From Trypanosoma brucei (taxonomy: Eukaryota), in NCBI GenBank assembly GCA_000002445.1, contig CH464491.1:640001-704000 (forward strand): a DNA stretch of 64,000 nt, given 5' to 3'. Both the position numbers and the translations under genes were made by a program. Shown piece by piece: positions 23,970 to 34,287 of the stretch (positions are counted from its first letter, which is position 1; every line of letters starts with the position of its first letter). The notes under the pieces were generated by a model, which saw nothing but the letters and a program-made list of their open reading frames with translations, was not told the DNA's origin and searched no databases.

Positions 23970-26711
23970 ATGTCTCTTAGCGCCTTACGGTCCAAACGCA
24001 CCGTAAATGATATTTGGCCTGTCCGTTACAAACGTTTTTTTGTATTGACGGACCCTCAGAATATCATAGGAGAAACCACCGACGGACTGGCAACACTCAC
24101 AACCATTTCTTATCTACTGGAAAGGGAAGCTGCTGTTGTGGTTGCCTCATCCTTTGGCGACTTGAAGGGCATTCCTCTCAGTTTTTCAAGGGGACAGCGT
24201 GAGGAGGCGATTGAAATATTTCGAACTGAGGGTGGCATGGGATACACCAACTACTTCAACTCGCTTCCCATAAACCTCAAGGCAGAGGTTCTCAAGGTCG
24301 CAAACGGATGCGAAACACCCGTGGATTCCGTAACCCTATCTCCTGTGGAAGTAAATGGTGCATTTGCAGCGCTTTCCATACGTCAAAAGGCTGCTGCTCT
24401 TCACAATGTGTTTCCACGAGTGGAATTTTCTCAGTGCTCGACTTATGCCTTCGTGCGTGAACTCACCAATCGTTTCCCCACTGTCCCTGTGAAATTCTCT
24501 CCCGATCCGCTGAATGCCCCGATCAGTCAGCTGAAGCCGGGGGAAATACTGGTGCTTGAAAATTTAAAGTTTTACCAAAATGAAATTTCACCGAACCATG
24601 AAGAGCGTGTGGCGATGGCTGAGGTTTTGGCGTCCTACTGTGATTACTGTGTTAATGAATCCTTCGCAACAGTGTGTGCCGTCCACGCCAGTAACACCGA
24701 GTTACCCAAGATCCTCTACCATGGTGCTGCTGGTTTTTCCATGGAAAAGGAACTCGCCTTCTTCCTCAGCTTCCTCGCCCACCCTCCTCGTCCCATTGTT
24801 GTTGTTGTGGCCGGAAGGCAGTCCTCAAAAAAACTCCGTATGATTCGCAGTTTGGTTGGAAAAGTTGATAAGATTCTTGTGGCGGGTGCGTTGATCATGC
24901 CTTTCCTAGCAGCTAAGGGCCTTACAACTGACAAGTCTTTCAACAACTCCGAACGGGTGGAACGAAGGCGGCTGAATGAAGCCGCCGAAGTGGAGGAGCT
25001 GTCGGTACCTTGTGTTGGGTTTGCTCAAGAAATTATCACATTGTGTGAGAAAAACGGCGTTGAGTTGGTTTTCCCCGTGGACCACGTCGTGACAAGGAGG
25101 ATCACAAAAGCTACGGAGGACTCTGCGGCTATTGTTGAGTCAATTGCGGTCCCTTCGGATGTCTATGCTGTGGATTGCAGCGCGAACACGATCGCACTTT
25201 TTACGAAGTGTATTCGCCCTTGTCAGTGTGTCTTCTGGACTGGAACCTTTGGCTGCACGAGAATGGGCTATTCCGAGGGAACATATGCCTTCGCTAGGGC
25301 TCTGGCGCAACAAGGGAAGCTTTCTATTGTCAGTGGCAACAGTACGGCTTGTGTGGTACGGCAACTAGGGCTAACTTCCCAGTTCTCGCACATCTCAAGT
25401 GGCGGCAGCACGTGCCTGGATGCGTTACAGGGGCACCACCTTCCTGGTGTAGAGATGCTTTCTGATATTCCTGTGGCAGTGGACGTCAGGAGTTGCATAC
25501 TAGCAGACGATCTTCTCCGAAGCTTACCCCTCTTCTCGAACTGCTCTTCACACCAACTTAAGGCGGTAGCGCAGAAGTTTGTGCGGCGAGTCCATGCCTG
25601 TGGTGATTACCTGACGTATTATGGGGACAAGCACGCATGCATGTGGGTTGTTGCGAGCGGTGGGCTGGTGGCCCGGAGTGGTGACACCACACTAACTCTC
25701 CCTTCGCGTTATATCGGACGGGGACAGACGGTTGGTATGTACGGTTTCATCACTCAAAGCTTTGCAACAGATACAATTCAAGCGGCCGAAGACGAAACGG
25801 TCACATACCAGCTGACATTCTCCTCCCTCCAAGATCTCTTCAACGAGCAATCGGACCTTGCAGCGCAGCTCCTCCAAAACGTGTCAGAAACATTGCGGGT
25901 CATGGCAATTGAGGAGTATCGTGAACAGAGCTCTATTATGAACGTGCTGAGGCGTGCGGCTTTGTGCTCTCGGTTTCCCACATTCCTTGCTATACCAAAG
26001 GATTGGGGTTTCATGGAAGACGTCATTCAGGATATCATTTCGGGCACCGTGCTGAGTGGAATAACTCAAATATGCACGGGGCAAACGGCACTTTCCTCGC
26101 CTCGGACGTTTTCATTGGGTCTGGGTTCATCTACTTCCAGAGGTCACATGGTCCACTGCCTTTGCCGAGTAGTATTACGCGATTTGCTGTACCACAAGCT
26201 TATCGAGTACGGCATAATGCCTGCCACCTGCATTTCCTCCATTATTCTTTCCCCGTTTCGACTGAGGGCAATGGGTATGATGTGGAGCGATGTTACGTGC
26301 AAAGCCATGTTGGATGAAGCGCTGCTGTTGGCTGTTGAAATGTGCTCCCCTATTGCTGCGCACGGTACATTTCTTGTGGTGCAGCGCCGAATCGAAGTAT
26401 TACTGAGGCGGAAATGCGCCACCATCGTCAAGTTCTTCCTCACTGCACTGGTTGACGTCGGGTTTGGGTTCGTGTTGTTTCCGCTGACGTTTCACCGCCG
26501 TACAAGCGAAGCCATATCGCTTCCTGACCTTTTCCGTTCCAGTGTTTTTAAGCGTCACCAATGGAAAGTAGTGCTGCTTCTGGTATTACGGTGTGTGGTG
26601 CATGTGCTTTTGAATGGCGTCCGCAGAGTTCATAGGTTTTGGGTGATTAAGAGAAAATCCGAAAGTGGCTGCAACCTGACACCACAGCGGTTGCCCCGAG
26701 TAACAAAATAG
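23970..26711 (+). CDS. Phosphoglycerate-kinase-like domain fused to a cyclic-nucleotide-binding-like domain and C-terminal transmembrane helices (PGK-like protein, probably non-catalytic)
   Basis: The N-terminal ~470 aa are collinear with the PGK fold (KRFFVLTDPQN...; ILVLENLKFYQNE; FWTGTFGCTRMGYSEGT; IVSGNSTACV...ISSGGSTCLDALQGHHLPGV). The canonical RVDFNVP and HLGRP substrate-binding motifs are replaced. A cNMP-binding-like segment lies around aa 500-640 and several hydrophobic helices around aa 700-880. Confidence 0.7.
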   Translation: MSLSALRSKRTVNDIWPVRYKRFFVLTDPQNIIGETTDGLATLTTISYLLEREAAVVVASSFGDLKGIPLSFSRGQREEAIEIFRTEGGMGYTNYFNSLPINLKAEVLKVANGCETPVDSVTLSPVEVNGAFAALSIRQKAAALHNVFPRVEFSQCSTYAFVRELTNRFPTVPVKFSPDPLNAPISQLKPGEILVLENLKFYQNEISPNHEERVAMAEVLASYCDYCVNESFATVCAVHASNTELPKILYHGAAGFSMEKELAFFLSFLAHPPRPIVVVVAGRQSSKKLRMIRSLVGKVDKILVAGALIMPFLAAKGLTTDKSFNNSERVERRRLNEAAEVEELSVPCVGFAQEIITLCEKNGVELVFPVDHVVTRRITKATEDSAAIVESIAVPSDVYAVDCSANTIALFTKCIRPCQCVFWTGTFGCTRMGYSEGTYAFARALAQQGKLSIVSGNSTACVVRQLGLTSQFSHISSGGSTCLDALQGHHLPGVEMLSDIPVAVDVRSCILADDLLRSLPLFSNCSSHQLKAVAQKFVRRVHACGDYLTYYGDKHACMWVVASGGLVARSGDTTLTLPSRYIGRGQTVGMYGFITQSFATDTIQAAEDETVTYQLTFSSLQDLFNEQSDLAAQLLQNVSETLRVMAIEEYREQSSIMNVLRRAALCSRFPTFLAIPKDWGFMEDVIQDIISGTVLSGITQICTGQTALSSPRTFSLGLGSSTSRGHMVHCLCRVVLRDLLYHKLIEYGIMPATCISSIILSPFRLRAMGMMWSDVTCKAMLDEALLLAVEMCSPIAAHGTFLVVQRRIEVLLRRKCATIVKFFLTALVDVGFGFVLFPLTFHRRTSEAISLPDLFRSSVFKRHQWKVVLLLVLRCVVHVLLNGVRRVHRFWVIKRKSESGCNLTPQRLPRVTK

Positions 26712-27069
26712 AGGGTATTAACGCATATTTCAGGAAAAAACACATGCCCAAACCCAGAAAGAGGGGAACTGAGCTCCACAATCTGAATAAAAGGCGATGT
26801 CACAGTTTCTCTCCACTTCATTCACACGAAAGCGTGGTTAGCGATGCGTGGACAATTTGATCTTTTTTCAGCACTTACGTGTGCATGTCCACACTTGAGG
26901 TTATCCATGGAAATTTATGTGTAATTACTGTAGTTTATGGTACGCAGTAATTTCGCGGCGAAGGCTGCCTGAAAGCCTTCTCCGTTGCCTGTTTCAGTGC
27001 AGTTGTTAGCCGAAACAGCAGATATGCCGAAGCCGTTCCTGCGAAATGTTTCACCGGATCACGTAAGAC

Positions 27070-27630
27070 GTGGAACTCAAGCGGAAATTTGACCTTCGTT
27101 TCATCGTGGCAGTAAATTCCTTTACGTCGGAGCATTCCTCCTCCATGGAGGCGTACGTCTATAACACTTTCTGGACTCGATTTGCGCTAAAGGAATATTC
27201 ACTCGACGATTTTGACTGCTACGAAAAGCACTGGACGGTTATGAATTACACCAACCCCGAGGCATTGCTTCAGTTGCATGACCATGACTTTGTGAAAGAG
27301 TTTAACGAGGAATATGCCTCGAGTGGTTACGGTGAAGCAGCATGGGAAAAAATTGCATATCCGAAGATTCTGAAAATGCTTCGTGAAGCATTTGGCATGG
27401 TGGTAACGAGGGGTGGGGATCACAGTCGATGCCGTGCGATGTATGGTGTGGATGTTATGCTACGGACGGAGCGCTGTGTTGAAACGGGCGCTTTGACACT
27501 TGAGCCTTCGTTACTCGAAATCACCTTCAGTCCGGACTGCCGTCGCGCCTGCAAATATCATCCAACGTTCTTCAATGACATTTTCCACACACTTTTCCTT
27601 AGGGATCCAACGAACATGACACCACTGTGA
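27070..27630 (+). pseudogene. Inverted partial duplicate of the 3' end (last ~184 codons) of the TTL gene at 41679-43619; gene fragment
   Basis: 100% amino-acid identity to the C-terminus of the 646-aa TTL (RKFDLRFIVAVNSFTSEHSS...TNMTPL). Nucleotide identity begins abruptly at 27079. An ATG (MELK) exists only in the unique junction sequence. Upstream sequence is unrelated to TTL. Confidence 0.65.
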
Positions 27631-27853
27631 GCTATTTCATTGGAAACATTTTTCTTCCATCATCATTTATGTTGCATGTGGATTTCCATCAGAACTTTGT
27701 CACAGAGTGGTGTTGCTTAACATCAATTTTGTGTGAACCCAGATATATATGCGTATGTATGTGAATGTGTGTGTTCCCTTATGCCTATGCTTCTACCCTT
27801 TTTCTTTTTCCTTTCAGTAATATCTCAGCTTTCAGGATTACAATCAATAAACA
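27079..27853. repeat. Outer inverted-repeat arm (left), ~99% identical to reverse complement of 41444-42230
   Basis: Direct comparison: coding part identical; the intergenic part shows one substitution and one small T-run indel. Confidence 0.85.
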
Positions 27854-28015
27854 AGCGGACAGAGAGGTGGCTCGGGAGGAAAGCCTTTGCGGACAGTGCG
27901 AATTTCTGATTTTCACGTAATCATTCTTCGGGGAGGGGGAGAGACTGTTATTTACTGTCTATATAAGCGTTGATCCCAAAGTAATAACAGTAAGAAACAT
28001 ATAAGATATATCATT

Positions 28016-28672
28016 ATGGGTTGTGGCGGTTCCAAACCTAACGCGGTAAGCAGAGATGTGGAGGAGAAGGCTCTGTATCTTCGTGGTATCAAAGAATCAA
28101 TCGATAAGGCAGAGGGAAACATGCTTGCCACTCTCCATGCCCTGCAGGCGTTGATGAGATCATATGAATCCACTTCATACTCATTTGTTGAGCTTGCACA
28201 CGGTACGGACGGCAATACATCATTGAAGGCGAAGACATTTGAGTCTGATATGCGGACACTAAAAGACAGTGGCATCATGCCGAAACTGCAAAAGGACCTC
28301 GGCCAGTCCGTCAGTTCCTTGGGAAAAGACATCAGGGCAAAACATGACAAAGCGAATGTGGTGTACAGAGAAATGACACAAGCCAATGACGCGTACTGCA
28401 AGTTGCGCGAGCGAGTTAACGGCATAGAGAAGAGTTACGCCAAAAAAAACAAGCCCGTAAGTGAGTGCCCTTCGTACACAAAGAATTGTAAGGAACGTGA
28501 CGTCTGCTTAGCCAGGTATGAAGGACTTAAAAAAGTTTTCCTGACGTTGGTGGAAGAGCTGAGGACTCTCATCCGTTCCTATGTGACTGCAGGGCTTACG
28601 CGATACGCCTTCTCTACTGCGGATTATGCGCAACAGTTGGTGAATAGTCTCCAGAAGTACAAATCCGAGTAA
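28016..28672 (+). CDS. Small dually acylated (MGCGGS N-myristoylation/palmitoylation motif) helical protein; possibly flabarin (flagellar BAR-like protein) family
   Basis: 218 aa with an N-terminal MGCGGSK (Gly2, Cys3) motif. Predicted all-helical/coiled-coil. Paralogous (about 45% identity) to the minus-strand ORF 40733-41401. Last gene of the plus-strand array. The flabarin assignment comes from recollection of a flabarin/flabarin-like pair next to TTL in T. brucei. Confidence 0.5.
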   Translation: MGCGGSKPNAVSRDVEEKALYLRGIKESIDKAEGNMLATLHALQALMRSYESTSYSFVELAHGTDGNTSLKAKTFESDMRTLKDSGIMPKLQKDLGQSVSSLGKDIRAKHDKANVVYREMTQANDAYCKLRERVNGIEKSYAKKNKPVSECPSYTKNCKERDVCLARYEGLKKVFLTLVEELRTLIRSYVTAGLTRYAFSTADYAQQLVNSLQKYKSE

Positions 28673-30011
28673 TTAGCGCAATGAGCAGAAACATGGACTT
28701 AAGATGCAGTTTTCAGACAGGCAATAAAAAGGGGGAAAGGGAAAAAGGTATACATTAAAAAAAAAAAGAGGAAAGGGGACGTGGGGACGGAAGAAACTGA
28801 TTTTATGTTCGGTTGGGATGGGCGGGTTCCATTCCAGTCCCCCCTAGTAGCGGTGAATTTTTTTTTTTTTTGGAGGAGGGGGGGGACGGGAAAATAAGTC
28901 GTTTAGGTGACAGGTGTGTGGACGAGCCGCCGTGCTTATCATTCACATTTTAAACACGGGTTCTGCCGCATTTAAGTTTCGTTTTGCTTCCGCTTTGGTG
29001 TTCTGAAGGTGATGTTTTTTTTTTCTTATATTTTGACTTATGCAATCGGGATCATTTCCTTTTTTGTTCTCGGTGTATGTGATTTTGTGTTTGGCTTCCT
29101 TTTTTTTTTTTTTTTTCTTTTTTTTTTTGGTGTTTCTTTTTCGAATATCTCTACCCCACTTTTTTTCTGTTTGACACATCGTTTAAGTTGGGCTGTGCGT
29201 TGATGATGAAAAATAGATGCTTACCGCTGCTCTTTCCGGTTTTTTTTTCAGCTCCAACGTTGCCGTTACTTGTTGTAGCATTTGTTCTATTATATTACTA
29301 GAGCTATGAATAGATAAGACATGGGAGTAATCTGCCTAATCTTTACTGTTTTGTTTTGTTTTGGTCCCTGAGTATTAGGCGTGCGTGTGTGCGTGCCCAC
29401 ATATGTATTTAAAAAAAAAAAATAGTAATGAAAGACCTACACCTGTTTGTTCCCTTTCCTCATTGTTTCCTCTTTTTTTTTTCTGAGGCACCTTACAAGG
29501 TTTATGCGAGGGGCAGGTTGTTCATTTCACACGAAAAATCGCTATTATATTAGTAAATAATGTTTGCTGTTTCCACCTCCTGGAAAAAAAAAAGGGAGGA
29601 AAAGATATATGTAACAAAATAAAGTAAGAAAATTAAAAAAAAAACAACCTTCCGAAAATACATACAGAACACGGAACATATCCGTCAGAGAGGAGCTCCA
29701 TTATTGGAACATTCTTTTTCTTGCTTTTTCGTTTATTGCAGTGCTGTTGTTCGACCGTTGCGAATAAAAGTGACTAAAAATATATTCTGTCTTCTTCCAA
29801 CATTTTTCTCGTCTTTCTTTTTTCATTCACATGGGGCACAACATGCTTTACCAACAGATGATATTTCGACGAATCAAAAGACAACAGCGCGTAAGGCACA
29901 TACAACGTTAAGGGCAAGAAAAAAAAAAGGGAGGGGGGGGGCGGAAAGTAAATAAATTGCGGCAGCATTAACCATTTAGCGGTTAAAAAGAAGGAAGTGA
30001 ATAATCAAAAA

Positions 30012-30036
30012 AATAATAATAATAATAATAATAATA
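30012..30036. repeat. (AAT)8 microsatellite; a similar (AAT)7 lies at 40105-40125 in the same orientation
   Basis: Direct reading. Confidence 0.9.
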
Positions 30037-30415
30037 AGTAAGGGGAATAAATATGGCATTGATATTAACAACAACAATAATATAATTATTAGTATTATTT
30101 GTGAGCCGCTGCGAAGCAGGTTTCTAAATATAAACTCGCCGTTTCCACGCCGAATTTTCACATGGTGCGCGGACTCATCCGAGGTGTACCCGTGAGGTGC
30201 GGTATTTGCCGTTTAAAACATCCCTCATGTTTCTTTCCCAACTCGTTAAAAAAAATATATATATATAGCCAATGGATTTGCGTAAACTTCTGCAGACATA
30301 TCGCTCACCGCCAAATAATACCGCGGTGCAATTTCTCATACACGTGACTTGTGCTGTCGGGGAAAAGACATTTTTTTATTTTTTTTTGCACACTTCGAAA
30401 AGAAAAAAAAATTTG

Positions 30416-32137
30416 CGTTACCCGCTACCGCCATTCACGGCGAGGAAGCTGAGTTTGCCAGAAGATCCGTTTTCTTATCCTTTTTATTTTCTTCCCCTTT
30501 TATGTAACTGTTGAAAAACTCATTGTGCCACCTTTGTTATTCTGCAGAACACCAATGCTTCATAAGTCGACTGGGACCTTTTAATTGCTTTTCGAAATAT
30601 GGTGACGTTTTGGTTTCGTTTGCAGCATTGGGGGAGTAGAATAATGGTCATTAACTGAGGGAAAGATGTTGACGCGCTTCTTATGTTCCCTTTGGGCGTA
30701 TACTGCATGGTGATGGGTTTCTTCTTGTTCCAACAACTTGGAGAGCTTTAGAACTCGTCGCACTAGCTTCAAAATTAATAAGTGCGTTTGTTTCCCTTAT
30801 CTGCGACTTTGTCCGCTAATTCATTTTCCTTCATGCCGCAACTAAAAAAAAAAACAAAAAAACAGTAAATTTTGATATCACCGCGTTGCTACTAATGAAC
30901 GTCGGAACTGACCACTATATAACACACACAAAAATATTCCATCTTCCACCCGATGTGGAAGATGCCTTAAGAGAAATAGTGCCTGCCAATGCCTGCGATG
31001 TTATCCACGACGAAGGTTTGTCCTTCATTATTTATTTATTTATTTTAGTAGCCTATTCAACCATACCCCCACCACCACCAATTCCGCACGATAGCTGCTG
31101 CCCAACCTCCCAGCGCCCCTATGCTGTTTTATCCTTTTTTCCCCACCCGATTAAGGCGATGGCGGTCACACCCGGCGAAATCCTTTTCTCAATCCACCTT
31201 CCCCTTTGCAATGTGTGGGTCCTCTTCCCGCCGTCCAGTTCGTTAGCCTTCAAGTCTTCCAGTGCAAATGTTTTGATATAAATTATTGGGATGGGAGGCT
31301 CACCATGTTTTCCTCACGGAAAGGGAAGCCAGTTATCCGTTTCGAACCGCCATCTTTCCGCTGAACTGAGCCGCTTGTGAAGTGTTTTTTTTTTTTGTTG
31401 CAGGGATATGGCCGCATCCACGTATCGGGAAACTGGCCCTCTTTGGCCCTGAGTGTTCCGCAATATTCGATCATCCCTTTGCGCACCACCTTCCCCGCAA
31501 ATTCCCCAGCCGCGGTTCTTCAGCTGTGCTTGCTTATTTGGGCCGAGTGGAAAACCACCCGGCACCTGCACCATAACATATTCTCATTCGAACGGGGCCC
31601 AAACAGAAGGTTCGCGGGGTTTTGCACCCTTGGTTCCTACTGAGCCGGCGCTGTCACCCTTCGTCTTCAGTAAACTTGCCTTTTCACACTAAGCCGTTTG
31701 TTTCGTGTGTTGCGATGTCACTTTTATTGATTGGGAAGCGGGTGCCAGAAGGTTTGGGGGTTTTGCTTCTCTTACCCGCCCCTTCCCGCCACCACGGGAT
31801 ACGGTGAGTTCCGAGCGCACACGCCAAGTGCCGTATAATGTTGCATTCCCCAGTTGCCGGTTCTGTGGCCCGCCCCTCTGACCGCTGGAAAACGTGGTTG
31901 AGTTGTCGCTGCAGTTAATTTTCAGAGACTTCTACATTCCCGCAAGTGCATTCGATTACTTTTTTTCTTTTGTTAATCGGTGTGCTATTCGGCAATGTTG
32001 GTCAGTGAGAGCCCTTTGGCAAAGAAGATAGGGGCAATCCCAGGGCAGGTATGCGCCGTATGGAATTACACTAATCGTCGCAAGTTTCAACGATAACATT
32101 ATCAAGAATTATGAACTGAGAACCAACTTTGTATATT
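30416..32137. repeat. Inner inverted-repeat arm (left), 1.72 kb, ~99% identical to reverse complement of 37741-39462
   Basis: Mirror-image ORF pairs in the six-frame track (30886-31281+ vs 38597-38992-; 31622-31807+ vs 38071-38256-; 30581-30772- vs 39106-39297+). Nucleotide comparison shows only scattered substitutions and homopolymer-length differences. Confidence 0.9.
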
Positions 32138-32167
32138 TTGGAGGTGCGCAGGCAACGTTGAGTGAAT

Positions 32168-32179
32168 TATTCAGGGGAA
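32168..32179. repeat. Target-site duplication (TATTCAGGGGAA), 3' side of ingi
   Basis: Identical 12-mer at 37434-37445 immediately flanking the other end of the element. Confidence 0.8.
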
Positions 32180-32452
32180 TTTTTTTTTTTTGGAATTTTC
32201 TTCGTGCCTTCGTGGGAGTTTCCCCCCACTGGCGCGGCCATCAGCCATCACCGTAGAGCCCTGAGATGCTATCGGTCTGGCGACTGTGGCAGAGTCTCCC
32301 TTTTTTATTCATCCTAACACTCCCTCTATAATTTTTGTTGTAGCTCCGCAGTTGAACGGAATACAGCAGATGGGGCAAGAGGCCCCCCACTCCGGACTCT
32401 CCAAAAGATGTCAATTAGCAATCCTTTTGTTTTGATTTTTGTTATTCGTTTA

Positions 32453-34162
32453 TTATTCTCTCCCCCTCTTTCTGTTTCTGTTGCTTGTTGACTGCATACC
32501 TCCTCTGTCTCTGAGGGTGTCTGGACTATTCCTGCGTCCGGTGCTTTTCCTGCTGGCTCCACACTCGGCAATAAGGGGGGAAGTTGCAGAAGGGAGAGTG
32601 GGTTGTATGACTGTTACCTTAGGTGAGGACTTCACCTGTGGCCGGCTCCGTTCAACCGCAATGAGAAACTGCGCCAGCCTTTTGGAGAAACATACATCCT
32701 GCACACACACACCTTCTACCGCAAACCTGACACGTAACTCCTTCAAACCGGGACAGCTCATCAAGTGCAGCGACGTTTCTTCGCAGTCGCCGCGTTGGCT
32801 GGTAACAGCGCGCTCTACCTTCATACCGTGCATCTTCTTTTGATGTAGGGTGAGGCCAGTTTTGCTAGCACACTGCCTTCCGCATGTCGGGCACACCAAC
32901 ATGGATGCTTTTGTATGCGGGGAATCAGTGGCACAAAATTTTGTGCTTTTGCTGCATTTAAGCTCGACTCCCTCACCTTTGTGGAAAGCCTTGCAGTGTC
33001 GGATGAGGGAGTCCCTGCAACTGAGCACTTTTTGGCACACACCACACTGCACCTCGCCTTTCCCCGGGACGTCAACGTTTCCCTCACGGGCACGCTTACG
33101 AGGGAATTGCACCAACACCACGGTACCGTCCTCCGTCACTATGCTTTTATGTTTGAATTTCTTGTGTAGTGTCAGGGAAGAACGTGTACCGAAGCTCGCC
33201 TCGCACAGGTCACATTGAAACGGCAGCTTCCGTGTATCCTGAGAGGCTGGCGCTGCTGGGGCTCTACCATCTCCTTGCAATGAGTCCTCGTTCTCTCGCC
33301 CCCTTTTCACGCGGCAACTACCGCTGCCTATGCCATGTATTGTTCTAAGGTGGTGTAGTAGTCGGCCTGGCACTGCGAATTTGGAGGCACAGATGGTACA
33401 ATGAAGCACCTGCGGTCTCATCGGGACTCGTGTGCTCGATGGTAGAGGAACGATCGCCACCACTGGAGGGGGCTCCGGGGGGATATCCACTGCAGGTGTT
33501 GCATCGCCGTATTTGATCCTCCGGAGGGCATCAGCTCGCACAAAGCCATGTTTGTTTACCATGTGCGTTACAGCACTCGAGCGGCATTGGTATGTGGCAT
33601 CACATTCCGTACATTTGGTCGGTTCGGAGGTTCTCTGAAGAGTGCGTGTCGCAACAGTTGGGGCCGTTTGTATTGTTGGCCCTATCGCTGCATGTTGCGG
33701 GTTACACCATCGGCACTGTGGAGGCACACTCGGGTTGATCTTTCGCAACATCCATCCATAGTGTCTTGAAGACCCAACCCGAAAGCGTGCCAGTGCCGTT
33801 TCTTCTTCCCTCGTCAGTTCTTCTTTATGTTTTGTTGGAAAGTGGTTGCCCGTGATACCAAACCTATGAGTGTTCTCATGGACTTCTTCCGACCTAAGCA
33901 CTCGCTTCGCATAAGCAATGATGTCGGGGATCCATGTATCTCGCAACTGTGGTAAATCTGCGGCCTTTTTGGCCATTTCATCGCAAACCTCATTCCGTTT
34001 CACGCCACAATGGCCAAACACAAATTGCAGTCGGATACGTATCTTCCTTCTCTGAACTTGAAGCAGAAGCCTCCATAGTCGTCTTAGAATTGGGTCCGTT
34101 ACGGCTAGGGGGCCTGTCTGCAGTGCTGTTAACATTGATAGAGAGTCAGAGAAGATGGACAA
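32453..34162 (-). pseudogene. ingi ORF, 3' portion (RNase H remainder and C2H2 zinc-finger domain), different frame from the 5' portion
   Basis: C2H2 fingers (CTICASKFAVPGRLLHHLRTIHG; CDLCEASFGTRSSLTLHKKFKH; CGVCQKVLSCRDSLIRHCKAFH; CPTCGRQCASKTGLTLHQKKMH). The frame differs from 34288-37425 by +1. Confidence 0.8.
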
Positions 34163-34287
34163 CCTGCTCGGTGTGCTTCTGTATGCCAGAAGCCATTTCA
34201 GCAGCCGTTGCAGTCCTATCTCTAATGCTACGCATTCCGCTCTGTAACTGCATGAGAGTTCCCCTGCTCCGGTCTTGGGTGCACAAA

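Noticed and set aside
26935-27135. Minus-strand 66-aa ORF sharing its first 18 residues with ORF 42174-42368
   Set aside because: Both are antisense shadow ORFs across the TTL-fragment and TTL inverted-repeat boundary. The similarity is a by-product of the duplication.
30886-31281. 131-aa ORF (and its mirror at 38597-38992) inside the inverted-repeat arms
   Set aside because: No coding features (Pro and low-complexity rich, no homology recognised). Present on opposite strands in the two arms, so at most one would be sense to its array. Most likely non-coding.
31300-31390. tRNA-like fragment (minus strand: GCTCAGTTCAGCGG...GGCGGTTCGAAAC) inside the inner inverted repeat; mirrored at about 38490-38570
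   Set aside because: It has a T-loop-like GGTTCGAAAC and a D-loop-like GCTCAG, but no complementary T-stem or acceptor stem can be drawn. Not a credible tRNA gene. Might be a decayed relic.
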